A stretch of DNA of 64,000 nucleotides from the NCBI GenBank assembly GCA_014237145.1, contig JAAXOC010000089.1, forward strand, positions 6,324-70,323. The letters run 5' to 3'. Source of the DNA: ANME-2 cluster archaeon (GTDB lineage Archaea; Halobacteriota; Methanosarcinia; Methanosarcinales; Methanocomedenaceae). Below are positions 26,722 through 36,948 of the stretch, one piece after another. The position numbers were made by a program, and so were the translations under genes. The notes below the pieces were generated by a model. That model worked only from the letters and a program-made list of their open reading frames with translations, had not been told where the DNA came from and searched no databases. Within the stretch, counting starts at the first letter, position 1, and each line of letters begins with the position of its first letter.

Positions 26722-29700
26722 TTATGGTACAGTTATAGAGCCTTGATCTTCAACGTTGGCTGAGGCATTGTAGGTGAAAACTGAATGTGTAACATCATCA
26801 ACAATAAAAGTAAAGGTTCCACTTGCACGCTTGACCTTGTTAGATTTTAAAGAAACAGCTCCATTTATGTCAGTGATTCTAACATCACTGTCACTTGTTA
26901 GGCCATCCCAATGACCTGATACTGTTGCTCCCACTACTTTATTATTATAAGCATCAAGAATTGTTACTGTAGCTGTAGCTATAGCTTTTGTTTTTTTTCC
27001 ACGAGTTTTCGTCGACATGTTGATGCTATGGACATGCATTTCTAATGAAGTTGCCTCGGTAATAGTTGCTGTTGTTGTACTTGTATCAGTGGCCCCATCT
27101 TCATCTGTGACCATCAACGTGACTGTGTAAGTCCCGTTCTGAGCATAGGTATGGGTGGGATTTACTCTGGTTCCTGTATTGGTGTCCCCAAAGTTCCAGT
27201 CATAAGAGACAATACTGCCGTCGGGATCAGATGAACCTGACCCGTTAAAGGTAATTGCCAATCCTTCCGTACCTGTGTAAGGTCCATTCGGATCTGATGT
27301 CGGTGGCTGGTTAAGATTTGATACAACAATAAAGTCGGTCTTGGTATCGGTCTGACTATCACCATCGGCCTCATAAACAGTCAGGGTCACTGTATACACG
27401 CCATCAATAGAATACATATGGCTCGGGTTCGGGGTTGTGTCATCTATTACAGTGTCATTCTCGAAATCCCATTCCCATGCAGTAATGCCGTCATATGATG
27501 TGGAAGTATCACTGAAAGAGACAGTTAATGGTTCTGGTCCTGAGGTAGGTGTAGCTGTAAAATCTGCAACTGGATCGATATCTCCTATGGTTGCCATAGT
27601 TGTGCTGGTATCCGTTGCTCCATCATTATCTGTGACCGTTAGTGTTACTGTATATGATCCGTTCTGAGCATAGGTATGTTTGGGACTCACTCCTGTTCCT
27701 GTATTTGTGTCCCCAAAGTTCCAGTTATAAGAGACAATACTTCCATCAGTATCAGAAGAACCGGACCCATCAAATGATATTGCAGTATCTTCAGTACCAG
27801 AGTACGGGCCACCTGCGTTTGCTATAGGTGGACTATTTGACTCTCCCGAATCACCCAACACAGTTACATCATCAATATACCAACCAGGGTAAGAATTTAC
27901 AGAATAATCAGTTCCGAAACTGAAACCAACTCTTACGTTACTGTATCCATTATAATCAGAGAGATCGAAAACCTGTTGATGCCATCCGTAACCATAATTA
28001 CTGCTATATGCAGGCACTTGACCGAGCGGATTGTAAGAAGATAATGCATCTTCCGGGTATCCGCCAACAGGCGTTATCTGAACCCATGAACTACCACCAT
28101 CAGTTGATATTTCAACGATACCACCATCATAGTAACTCTCTGTAAAATAATAATGCATGAATGTCAACTGTGTTGATATAATTCCACTAAGATCAACTGG
28201 CGGCGATACTAATCGGGCATTCATGTAATTTATATCATAGTTTCCATCAAGATTGGTGGCCCATGTATTTGGCTCAGAATAAGCACTGTTTGGACCTGAT
28301 GTTGGAGGACCTAATTCCCAGTTATCACCGGATCCTGAATGTGTCCATCCATTTGTTCCATGTTCCATATCATCATAAAATATTATTATTAGATCCTCTG
28401 TGTTTTCAGAAATAACATTTGATAATAATGAGGGATTGCCAACATTATCAATCGCTTTAACAGCAAAGTAATAATTTGTATTATATGACAATCCGGTAAC
28501 TGTGTAAGTCTCGGCAGATCCCGAAGATTGTGGTTTTGGCTCACCAGTTGCTTGAGTTGCTGCTTCCCAGTCTGCATCTGTTTCTATATTAGATGTGGAA
28601 TATCTGACATCATATAATTTCGCAGTTCCACTAATCCCATCATCACCTGGAGCGATCCAATCTAATGTAATCGTACTTGAAGTAGGACTAGCAGCTGTCA
28701 GGGAAGAGATGGTAGAGGGGGCAGTGTTATCAAGTTTTAAGGCATTATAAGCATTCAGTCTTCCTCCAGTCACAGTTATTCCAGACAAGGATGTAATTGA
28801 ATCTACTGAACCAAGTAACCGTGCTTTTATCCCATCGCTTGAAATTTCTGGATATTGAGCTTTAATCAAAGCTGCTGCACCTGCTACATGTGGGGTTGCC
28901 ATAGAAGTTCCGCTTTTATAGCCATAGCTGTTTTCGGGCTCTGTTGAAAAAATGCTGACGCCAGGAGCGCTAAGGTCAACTGAAATTAATCCATAGTCTG
29001 AGAAATATGCCAGATTGTCGGAACTATCTGTTGCTGCCACAGAGATTACATTTGGGACATCGTAGCTTGATGGGTAATAAGGGATTACATCATTATTGTC
29101 TCCAATCAGGTCATCTCCTCCATTTCCAGCTGCAGCAACGAACAGTATTCCTGCGTCATTAGCAGCAGAGATAGCATCTTCCAGAGCTTGGGAAAAACCT
29201 CCACCACCCCAGCTGTTGCTCATTATGTGTGCATCATTATCAATTGCATAATTGATTGCAAGTACAGCATCAGATGTGTAGCCCCCCTCCGGGCTTAAGA
29301 ATCTTAATGGCATAATCTTTGCATTCCAGCTTACTCCAACAACGCCCTTGACATTGTTTCCCTTAGCAGCTATTGTTCCAGAACAATGCGTTCCATGACC
29401 ATTCTCATCGTAAGGATCATTGTCGTCGCTGAAAAAGTCCCAGCCTTTTATATCGTCAATATAACCATTTCCTTCGTCGTCAACACCGACAACACCATTT
29501 AATTCGTGTTCATTTAACCACATATTCGCAGCCAAATCCTCGTGGTTATAGTCCACGCCTGTGTCAATTACTGCAATCACTACTTCATTGGAATTTCCCG
29601 TTTCGATGTCCCATGCTTCAGATGCATCTATATCTGCGTCATTTGTGTTTTGCAAGCCCCACAGAGATGAAAAATATGGATCATTTGGTACTGCATCAAT

Positions 29701-30123
29701 TTGAACTATGTAATTTAGTTCTGCATATTCCACATTCGAATTCTTCTTGTAACTGTTGATTATTTTATTAATATCTGTCTGCTTGGGTAATTTTAAGATA
29801 TAAATCATGTCAAGACCGTGTTTTTTGAGAATCTTTGTCTTCTCGTTTTCAACTGATTTTGGTTTTTTCTTTATGATCTTTTCTGATGATACGACATTGT
29901 TTTTTGAGTTTATCATAGATATTGTCGCATCACTTGTTCCTTTTTTGAATTCGACGATGATTTGATCTGTAGCATATTCAACACCTTCAGGAATATCTGG
30001 CTCAGTATGTTCTAAAATGTTGTTATCAAGTCTGTCTTGCTTTGCTAATACCGATATAGGTATTGTTCCCACAATAAAAGAACATAAGATTAATACCACA
30101 AGTGTTTTCTTTATAATTTTCAT
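26722..30123 (-). CDS. Secreted subtilisin-like serine protease (S8) with I9 propeptide, FN3-like, lectin/MAM-like and three PKD domains
   Basis: 1133 aa with an N-terminal signal-like segment. Triad motifs AVIDTGVDYNHEDL, HGTHCSGTIAA and SGTSMATPHVAGAAAL. PKD repeats carry WNFGD/WDFEND and HTYAQNG.YTVTL. Confidence 0.9.
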   Translation of the reverse strand: MKIIKKTLVVLILCSFIVGTIPISVLAKQDRLDNNILEHTEPDIPEGVEYATDQIIVEFKKGTSDATISMINSKNNVVSSEKIIKKKPKSVENEKTKILKKHGLDMIYILKLPKQTDINKIINSYKKNSNVEYAELNYIVQIDAVPNDPYFSSLWGLQNTNDADIDASEAWDIETGNSNEVVIAVIDTGVDYNHEDLAANMWLNEHELNGVVGVDDEGNGYIDDIKGWDFFSDDNDPYDENGHGTHCSGTIAAKGNNVKGVVGVSWNAKIMPLRFLSPEGGYTSDAVLAINYAIDNDAHIMSNSWGGGGFSQALEDAISAANDAGILFVAAAGNGGDDLIGDNNDVIPYYPSSYDVPNVISVAATDSSDNLAYFSDYGLISVDLSAPGVSIFSTEPENSYGYKSGTSMATPHVAGAAALIKAQYPEISSDGIKARLLGSVDSITSLSGITVTGGRLNAYNALKLDNTAPSTISSLTAASPTSSTITLDWIAPGDDGISGTAKLYDVRYSTSNIETDADWEAATQATGEPKPQSSGSAETYTVTGLSYNTNYYFAVKAIDNVGNPSLLSNVISENTEDLIIIFYDDMEHGTNGWTHSGSGDNWELGPPTSGPNSAYSEPNTWATNLDGNYDINYMNARLVSPPVDLSGIISTQLTFMHYYFTESYYDGGIVEISTDGGSSWVQITPVGGYPEDALSSYNPLGQVPAYSSNYGYGWHQQVFDLSDYNGYSNVRVGFSFGTDYSVNSYPGWYIDDVTVLGDSGESNSPPIANAGGPYSGTEDTAISFDGSGSSDTDGSIVSYNWNFGDTNTGTGVSPKHTYAQNGSYTVTLTVTDNDGATDTSTTMATIGDIDPVADFTATPTSGPEPLTVSFSDTSTSYDGITAWEWDFENDTVIDDTTPNPSHMYSIDGVYTVTLTVYEADGDSQTDTKTDFIVVSNLNQPPTSDPNGPYTGTEGLAITFNGSGSSDPDGSIVSYDWNFGDTNTGTRVNPTHTYAQNGTYTVTLMVTDEDGATDTSTTTATITEATSLEMHVHSINMSTKTRGKKTKAIATATVTILDAYNNKVVGATVSGHWDGLTSDSDVRITDINGAVSLKSNKVKRASGTFTFIVDDVTHSVFTYNASANVEDQGSITVP

Positions 30124-30287
30124 TTATACCACCAAGTAATGATTCTGATGCAAAATTTAATTTTATCTCCCATTAATATATATTCTGAATTATGTATAAC
30201 AATTTATAATACTTGCGGTTGATATTATCATAGTTTTGTAGAATGTTTAATAAATATATATTCCAAAGTTTAAAAAAAAGGATGCTT

Positions 30288-32096
30288 ATGATTTCTCCCA
30301 CTATAATAAGAATTGATCTATCTAACAAAAAAGTCAAATGTGAAAATATACCTGCCCCCCTCCTCCGCAAGTTCATGGGCGGCAAGGGCCTGGCAGCCCA
30401 CTACCTTTACCACGAGAACCCGCCCGGCTGCGCCCCCCTGACCCCTGACAACCTGCTTGCCATCATGAACGGGCCCCTGACCGGCGCACCCGCCACCAAC
30501 TGCGTCAACTTCTCAGTCTGTGCCAAAAGCCCGCTCACAGGCACCTGGAACGACAGCCACTGCAACGGCTGGTGGGGCACTGAACTGCGCCGTGCCGGGT
30601 ATATGGGTATCATCATCAGTGGACAGGCCGACTCCCCGGTATACATCAACATTGTGGATGATAAAGTGGAGATACTGGATGCTTCCGACCTGTGGGGTGT
30701 GGATACGTTCTCAAATCAGGCCGTCTTGAAAAAACGCCATTCTACTGACCGTGAGGCCAGGGTGATGACCATCGGGACCGCAGGCGAGCGAATGGCAAAA
30801 CTGGCAGTCATATTTGCAGAGAACCGCACAGCTGCCCGTGGTGGACTGGGTGCAGTCATGGGCAGCAAGCACTTGAAGGCCGTAGTGGTGTCCGGGCACG
30901 GGAAATTTGAACCCGCAGACCCTGAAGCATTCAGAGCCATAAGGAAAAAGATCAACAAGAAGGTCAGGACAAGTACAGGCGTGGAAAACCTCAGGAAGAT
31001 GGGTACTTCAGAACTTGTGGAGATAGTAAATGAAACCGATGGCTGGAGTAATCGCAATTATACATCAGGGCGGGATGACAAACTATCAGAGCACCTGGAC
31101 GGTTTTGCCATAAAAGAGAAATTGTGGGATGGCGGCAGCAGACGTCGGCCCTGCCCGGGCTGTGCCATACAGTGCAGCCACCTGGCAGTGGTGCAGGAGG
31201 GGCAATATCGCGGATTGACACACGACGGGCCAGAGTTCGAGTCCATTACCTTGCTGGGTTCTAACTGCGGTATCGATGACCCGGCGGCGGTCACGGCTGC
31301 TGAACACCTGTGCGACACATACGGACTGGATAGCATTAGCACGGGCAGCACTATCGCCTTTTTAATGGAATGTTATGAACGAGGGCTGATCAGTAAGGAG
31401 GAAACAAACGGGCTAAAACTTACCTTCGGCAGTGTCGATGCGCTGATAGAAACCATCCACATGATGGGGTCAGGTAAAGGGGCACTGGCATTTGCTGCAA
31501 ACGGCACAAGGGATGCCTCTGAAAGAATAGGGCAGGGTACAGAAGATTTCGCTATGAACGTCAAGGGCCTGGAGATACCTGCATACCTGCCCCAAACCGC
31601 AAAGGGCCAGGCACTGGCCTATGCCGTATCAGACAGGGGTGCCTGCCACCTGCGTCCATGGACCTACGGAAAGGAAGTGCTTGGCAGGGGGGGACAACTG
31701 GACCCAATGGCCACGACCGGAAAAGGTAAGATGGTCTGGGACGGGCAGCAGCGCAACGCTATCTATGATTCTATAGGAATCTGCAAGTTCTTTACATACG
31801 CTGCCGGATTGGATGAGCTATTAGAACTATATACTGCCTCGACCGGATTTGATATGGACCATGACGAATTCGATAGAGTAGGCAGGAGAGTGGCAGTACT
31901 TACCCGTGCTTTTAACAACAGGGAAGGATTTGGCAGGGATCAAGACACCTTGCCTGACAGGGTAATGAAAAGCAGCAGCAATCCGGTAACAGACCTGGAA
32001 CTGGATGCTATGCTGGATGAATTCTATTATGCGTCGGGTTTCACCAGTGATGGAATTGTGCCCGAACAGCTACTAATAGAACTTGGGATCAAGTGA
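30288..32096 (+). CDS. aor: Tungsten-type aldehyde:ferredoxin oxidoreductase (AOR family)
   Basis: The ORF track starts at 30243. I prefer ATG 30288 or 30282 (MISPTIIRIDL). GGKGLAAHYL N-terminus, CPGCAIQC [4Fe-4S] motif and DSIGICKF region. Confidence 0.85.
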   Translation: MISPTIIRIDLSNKKVKCENIPAPLLRKFMGGKGLAAHYLYHENPPGCAPLTPDNLLAIMNGPLTGAPATNCVNFSVCAKSPLTGTWNDSHCNGWWGTELRRAGYMGIIISGQADSPVYINIVDDKVEILDASDLWGVDTFSNQAVLKKRHSTDREARVMTIGTAGERMAKLAVIFAENRTAARGGLGAVMGSKHLKAVVVSGHGKFEPADPEAFRAIRKKINKKVRTSTGVENLRKMGTSELVEIVNETDGWSNRNYTSGRDDKLSEHLDGFAIKEKLWDGGSRRRPCPGCAIQCSHLAVVQEGQYRGLTHDGPEFESITLLGSNCGIDDPAAVTAAEHLCDTYGLDSISTGSTIAFLMECYERGLISKEETNGLKLTFGSVDALIETIHMMGSGKGALAFAANGTRDASERIGQGTEDFAMNVKGLEIPAYLPQTAKGQALAYAVSDRGACHLRPWTYGKEVLGRGGQLDPMATTGKGKMVWDGQQRNAIYDSIGICKFFTYAAGLDELLELYTASTGFDMDHDEFDRVGRRVAVLTRAFNNREGFGRDQDTLPDRVMKSSSNPVTDLELDAMLDEFYYASGFTSDGIVPEQLLIELGIK

Positions 32097-32141
32097 ACTA
32101 ATTTTGTAAACTGATTGAGTGAACCGATTAAGTGAACCGGA

Positions 32142-32843
32142 TCACACCATCATAGATCTCAACTCTTCCACCAGTTTCTGCTGGATAGTAGAGTTGCGGT
32201 CGCCGCCACACACACATCCCCTTATCCCGATAATATCAGGACCTATCTGGTTTATTGCCTCTATATCCTCAAACTTTATGTTACCTGCAATGGCAGTAAC
32301 AAGTCCCAGGTCATGGGCAGATTCCACGAATTGCGATAGTTCCTCATTGGTCATGAACTCGAATGTTGAACGACCGTCCTTTATACCCGTATCCATCATT
32401 GCCACATCTGCGCCGTAATCTGCACAAACAGAAGGCAGTTCACGTAACGGGATGGAGTTTATACGTTTATAGTCAGCATAGCCTGAAATAACGACCTTCT
32501 TACTAGGGTCATAATCCTTTACAGATTTCACCACATGCTCTACCATATCAATGGCCTGCTCAGTGGTCTGGATATCAAACAATCCCACTTTCACATAGTC
32601 AGCACCGGATACAGCAGCACCCAAGGATGCAAGGGATGCTGTTCCGGGTTTGTAGTTCATATCCCCGATAGTTGCACTGACCGGGGTCTTAGGGCCCATT
32701 GCTTCTTTGACTGAACGAATGACCCACGGGAAATTTGCACCAAGACTCCCCTCTTTTGGGTTCTTGACATCTATGATGTCTGCTCCACCGTTGTAAGCAG
32801 CCTTAGCTTCCTCTAGATTGATAGGACTTACCAGTAATTTCAT
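32142..32843 (-). CDS. mfnB: (5-formylfuran-3-yl)methyl phosphate synthase (methanofuran biosynthesis)
   Basis: 233 aa. MKLLVSPINLEEAKAAYNGGADIIDVKNPKEGSLGANFPWVI matches my recollection of the MfnB/UPF0264 family N-terminus. Confidence 0.7.
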   Translation of the reverse strand: MKLLVSPINLEEAKAAYNGGADIIDVKNPKEGSLGANFPWVIRSVKEAMGPKTPVSATIGDMNYKPGTASLASLGAAVSGADYVKVGLFDIQTTEQAIDMVEHVVKSVKDYDPSKKVVISGYADYKRINSIPLRELPSVCADYGADVAMMDTGIKDGRSTFEFMTNEELSQFVESAHDLGLVTAIAGNIKFEDIEAINQIGPDIIGIRGCVCGGDRNSTIQQKLVEELRSMMV

Positions 32844-33046
32844 ATCCTTATACCTCTGATTCGTGAGACAAATACTACCCTATCGTAATATATATGTTGC
32901 TATATCGTTCAATCAGTATTCTGCCAGTGTGGTCAATTATCTTTCATTCAATTCATAAGACTTTAATATTAATAATATGAATAGCCATATTGACTGATAA
33001 GAAAAGTTATAAGAATAACCGGTTTTAACATTTTTACCAAGATTCC

Positions 33047-33745
33047 ATGTTTAGAATAATATTTGTACTGGATATTTTAAACGGAAAGGTAGTGCATGCC
33101 GTAAAAGGGGAACGGGAAAAATACGGCCCTGTACATAATTTCAGTAAAGTCTGTGAATCTTCAGACCCCCTGCAGATCGTGGATGATCTTTCACCCAGGG
33201 AGCTCTATATAGCAGACCTGAACCGGCTGGAGGGTAATGGAAATAATGATGAGGTCATCGAGCAATTGGGCTGGAAGACCAGTTTAATGCTTGACCTTGG
33301 AGCATCCACTATGGATGATGTACACCTGGGTCAGGAGATGGCAGGCTCCGTAATCCTGGGAACAGAAACTGCAACCTTTGAGTTGGTGGAAAGTGCATCA
33401 AACTTCTACCCCAGGTCAATAAACCTGAGCATTGATTTCAAGGACGGCAACATCCTAACAAATGAACCGGCCTTTAATATTCCGCCCATCGACCTGATCA
33501 AGATGCTGAATGGATATGATATTAATGACCTGGTCATACTTGAACTGAGCAAAGTAGGGACATCAAGCGGTATTAATACAGAGTTCCTGAAGCAGGTTGT
33601 GGATCATTCGAACCATAACATACTACTGGGCGGTGGTATAAGGAATACGGATGATATCAGCCACCTGAAGGATATTGGCCTGGCAGGTGTGCTGGTGGCG
33701 ACTGCGGTGCATAACGGTGCGCTGCCCCTGGATATGATCCGGTAG
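33047..33745 (+). CDS. HisA/HisF-family (beta/alpha)8-barrel protein, not an obvious canonical HisA or HisF
   Basis: 232 aa. IFVLDILNGKVVHAVKG ... YIADLNRLEG ... LLGGGIRNTDDISHLKDIGLAGVLVATAVH. Confidence 0.6.
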   Translation: MFRIIFVLDILNGKVVHAVKGEREKYGPVHNFSKVCESSDPLQIVDDLSPRELYIADLNRLEGNGNNDEVIEQLGWKTSLMLDLGASTMDDVHLGQEMAGSVILGTETATFELVESASNFYPRSINLSIDFKDGNILTNEPAFNIPPIDLIKMLNGYDINDLVILELSKVGTSSGINTEFLKQVVDHSNHNILLGGGIRNTDDISHLKDIGLAGVLVATAVHNGALPLDMIR

Positions 33746-33746
33746 G

Positions 33747-34979
33747 TCAGGCTTTTAAGCGGAGAATAAGTTCGTCTGGATCCAGTAGTTCCTGCTTGCC
33801 TGATTCCATATCTTTCAGCGCCACCTTACCCTGTGCCACTTCATCCTCGCCGACTATCACGGCCCACCTGGCCCTGACAGTATTGGCAAATTTTAACTGG
33901 GCACTAAAACTTCTACCCATAACGTCCACGTCTACAATTATGTGTTCACGCAGGGAGTCGGCGATGTGTATACCTTCTTTTCGGGTCTCGTCAAAGCAGA
34001 CCACAACAGCCCGATCTTCAGCAGGGGGCTCTGTCGTGCATACTTCCATTACCCTGTCAAACCCGAGCGCAAAACCTGTGGATTCCACTTCTTTTCCGCC
34101 GAACAGGTGGGCAAGCCTGTACGACCCGCCGCCGCAGACCTGGTTCTGAGCCCCAAGGCCGCTGCTGTATATCTCAAAGACCATGCCTGTATAATAGTCC
34201 AGGCCCCTGGCAATGCCAAAGTTAACAGTGTAGTCAAGGCCGTGGGTGTCCAGCAGCTCCAGCAGGGTCTGGAATGTTTCCAGTTCTTCTATGTCGCCCA
34301 GAAGTGCTTTTGCTTCATCTACTGCACTGCTGCCGGTGAGTCCTATGAGTTCGAAGAGTTTTTCCCTCATCCCGATATCTGCATCGATCTCTTCCAGGTA
34401 GTCCTCCAGGCCCTTGTCGTCCTTCTTGTCTACGAGGCGCATTATCTGCCCCTGGGTGTCGGTGTCCAGCCCCGTAAACAGGGTTCTGATTATACCCAGA
34501 TGTCCGACATGTAGTTCGCCGTCCACGCCTGCCTCGTGGAGCATCCGGCAGGCCAGGGCTATGACCTCGGCGTCGGCTTCGGGCCTGGGGCTGCCTATGA
34601 CCTCGGTGCCGAACTGCCAGAATTCCCTGAACCTGCCTTTCTGGGGACGCTCGTACCTGAAGCAGTTGTCGAAGTAGTAGAGTTTGATTGGGCGGGGTGC
34701 GCGCGTAAGTTCGCTGACGTAGAGCCGAATGACGGGGGCTGTGAGTTCGGGGCGCAGGGCTATTTCGCGGTCGCCTTTGTCCTTGAAGTTGTATATTTCA
34801 CCCAGGATACCTTCGCCGGATTTTAGTGTGAATAGTTCGATGTGCTCGAAGGTTGGGGTCTTTATTTCGTTGTAGCCCCATCGTTTGGCGGTTTGGCGGA
34901 GTTTGTTTTCGATGTATCTGCGTTTGCGGGTATCTTCTGGGAGGAAGTCCCTGGTCCCTCTGGGTTTGTTGATCTTCAT
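33747..34979 (-). CDS. hisS: Histidyl-tRNA synthetase
   Basis: 410 aa. PRGTRDFLPED, ALRPELTAPV, FRYERPQKGRFREFWQ and a C-terminal anticodon-binding domain. Confidence 0.92.
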   Translation of the reverse strand: MKINKPRGTRDFLPEDTRKRRYIENKLRQTAKRWGYNEIKTPTFEHIELFTLKSGEGILGEIYNFKDKGDREIALRPELTAPVIRLYVSELTRAPRPIKLYYFDNCFRYERPQKGRFREFWQFGTEVIGSPRPEADAEVIALACRMLHEAGVDGELHVGHLGIIRTLFTGLDTDTQGQIMRLVDKKDDKGLEDYLEEIDADIGMREKLFELIGLTGSSAVDEAKALLGDIEELETFQTLLELLDTHGLDYTVNFGIARGLDYYTGMVFEIYSSGLGAQNQVCGGGSYRLAHLFGGKEVESTGFALGFDRVMEVCTTEPPAEDRAVVVCFDETRKEGIHIADSLREHIIVDVDVMGRSFSAQLKFANTVRARWAVIVGEDEVAQGKVALKDMESGKQELLDPDELILRLKA

Positions 34980-35230
34980 GTGTGGGTCTCCGTTGTATGT
35001 GGGGTGATTAGGATGTTATGTGAAATAGGTTTTGTTATGGGTGGTCTTTCCAATGTCGGGCTTATCTTTAAGCTGTACATAAAGATCAAATATCCAGCCT
35101 GGTCCTCAAGTTTTCAATACTACTCACATCAACAGGCTTATGGCGCATTATTTTCCTGGCCTTTTCTACATATTCAGGTTTTAGTTCTGGTTCGAGTATT
35201 TTCTCTTCATATTGCGTTGCCATGAGTAAC

Positions 35231-35460
35231 TTATCCTTCTATAATTTTCCAATGCCCGCCTTTAGCCGGACCAATCCTTATAAGTTTGCCATTTTATTGC
35301 AACTTCTGGATGATTCTTTCAATCGAGCGTTTTGTCATGCTAATTTCCCCTGCAAGCTCAGGTATGGTAATTTGGTTATTTGAGTTGATCAACTCTAGTA
35401 TTTTTCCCTACGTTTTCCCCGACATTTTCTCCGACATTTTCTCCGACGTTTTTACTGACT
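35231..35460 (-). pseudogene. Remnant of the C-terminal winged-helix end of a larger regulator/ATPase-type gene
   Basis: My reverse translation reads GKILELINSNNQITIPELAGEISMTKRSIERIIQKLQ*NGKLIRIGPAKGGHWKIIEG*, with an in-frame TAA. A TAG lies immediately upstream. A frameshifted VGENVGENVGENVG repeat comes from the GACATTTTCTCC tandem at 35415-35450. No N-terminal part is present. Confidence 0.55.
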
Positions 35461-35583
35461 GATTATGGCTGCTTACATCAAACTCAAGAAAAAACCCGAA
35501 AATGCGAACGAGTGAGCGCTTTCCCGTAAATATCAAGCAGTAGACGAACAGGTTATATTTTATCAGGTATTACCCTCCACATA

Positions 35584-36255
35584 ATGCGCATATCCTACCT
35601 TGCCCTGTCAGATACACGATGCACAGTGCAGATACCGGGCTGCAACTTCAATTGCCGGGGCTGTTTCAGTAACCAACGGCACAACGGCGACGTAGAAGTA
35701 TCTGCGGCCCGTATAGCCGGACACATTCCGTCAGGAAATGAAGTAATGCTGGCAGGAGGCGAACCCACCCTTTACAGGCAGGAATTGCTGTCACTTATAC
35801 ATGAACTGGACGCAAAAAAGGTAATCCTGTCTACAAACGGATACCTGCTGGACAGGTCACTGCTGGAGAACCTTGGCGGTATCACCGTACACATTGACCT
35901 GAAAGCCCTTGACCCAAAACTGCACAGGTGGTACACAGGAAAAGATAATGCTACTGTGATGGAGGCAATACGGATGCTCCATGACCTTGATTTCGATTTT
36001 GAAGTGAGCACGGTCTACATTCCAGGAATTGTGGAGACCAGGGAGATCGAGAATATCGCCCGCTTCCTGTCAGGGGTCGGGGATATCAAATACAAGATCA
36101 TCAGGTATGTACCAGCCAATAATTTTTCAAGCAGACCCGGAGTGCAGGAGATACAGGATGCAGTAAAAACGGCACGCAAGTATCTCGGGAATGTTTCCAG
36201 TTCCATTGAGAACAGGAGCCATCCGGTTGATCGTAAAATTATAAATTTTTCCTGA
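35584..36255 (+). CDS. Radical SAM protein, small activase-like (PflA/NrdG-like size class)
   Basis: 223 aa. CX3CX2C in IPGCNFNCRGC, then LAGGEPTL. Confidence 0.65.
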   Translation: MRISYLALSDTRCTVQIPGCNFNCRGCFSNQRHNGDVEVSAARIAGHIPSGNEVMLAGGEPTLYRQELLSLIHELDAKKVILSTNGYLLDRSLLENLGGITVHIDLKALDPKLHRWYTGKDNATVMEAIRMLHDLDFDFEVSTVYIPGIVETREIENIARFLSGVGDIKYKIIRYVPANNFSSRPGVQEIQDAVKTARKYLGNVSSSIENRSHPVDRKIINFS

Positions 36256-36478
36256 AGAGCAGGAATTTCCCCGGCAATCCCTATTACTTTCACCCCGCTC
36301 TTGGCTCGAGTATATTTACTCAAAGCCCAATCATTAATCGTACAATAAACAAGCGGGAAGGAATTGGATAAAACAACCCCCTCGTATCCGTCATACAATC
36401 CTTCCCCCATCCCCCAATTTTATTTATCTTTACTCCTACCTAAATTCTTAACTTAACCCCTACTCCAATTTCTGATAT

Positions 36479-36940
36479 TTATCCATTCAATAAACGCATA
36501 TAAGATTTCCCGATCAGGTCATCAACCTGGATGCCATATTCCCTTGCCATCAGTATCCCCAGCACCTCAATAGTGAACATCCCCCCTTTTTCGTTTCGGC
36601 TTTTATTGATCTTGGCAATGATCGTCTGCTTTTCAAGTCCTGTATTCATCATGATGCGTTCAATGATCTGCTCGAACACCTCTTTCTTCTGGAACCTGGA
36701 GACATCGGGCTTAAAACCCATAGGTATCTGTACGTCACTGATACCGAACTGTGCCTTGAGCATGTCTCCTTCCCTGGAAATAATACCATTTTCAATGGCT
36801 GAATTGATAAAATCCCTGGCAGTATCCGGTTTGAACCAGCCCAGGTCCATTGAAAGAGCCATTACAAACTCGGTCTCTTTAATGGCATCTGTCCCTTTGC
36901 GCTTAAAAGGCATAGCAGCAGTAAACAACAATTCATTCAT
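36479..36940 (-). CDS. Conserved archaeal protein downstream of radB (DUF2240-like)
   Basis: 153 aa, starting 8 nt after the RadB stop. The assignment rests on position and my recollection of the family, not on a diagnostic motif. Confidence 0.5.
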   Translation of the reverse strand: MNELLFTAAMPFKRKGTDAIKETEFVMALSMDLGWFKPDTARDFINSAIENGIISREGDMLKAQFGISDVQIPMGFKPDVSRFQKKEVFEQIIERIMMNTGLEKQTIIAKINKSRNEKGGMFTIEVLGILMAREYGIQVDDLIGKSYMRLLNG

Positions 36941-36948
36941 TGCAATCC

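Noticed and set aside
35408-35410. In-frame TAG upstream of the HTH remnant, considered as a pyrrolysine codon
   Set aside because: The same frame also contains a TAA and a frameshift, and it lacks an N-terminal coding region. Decay is the simpler explanation.
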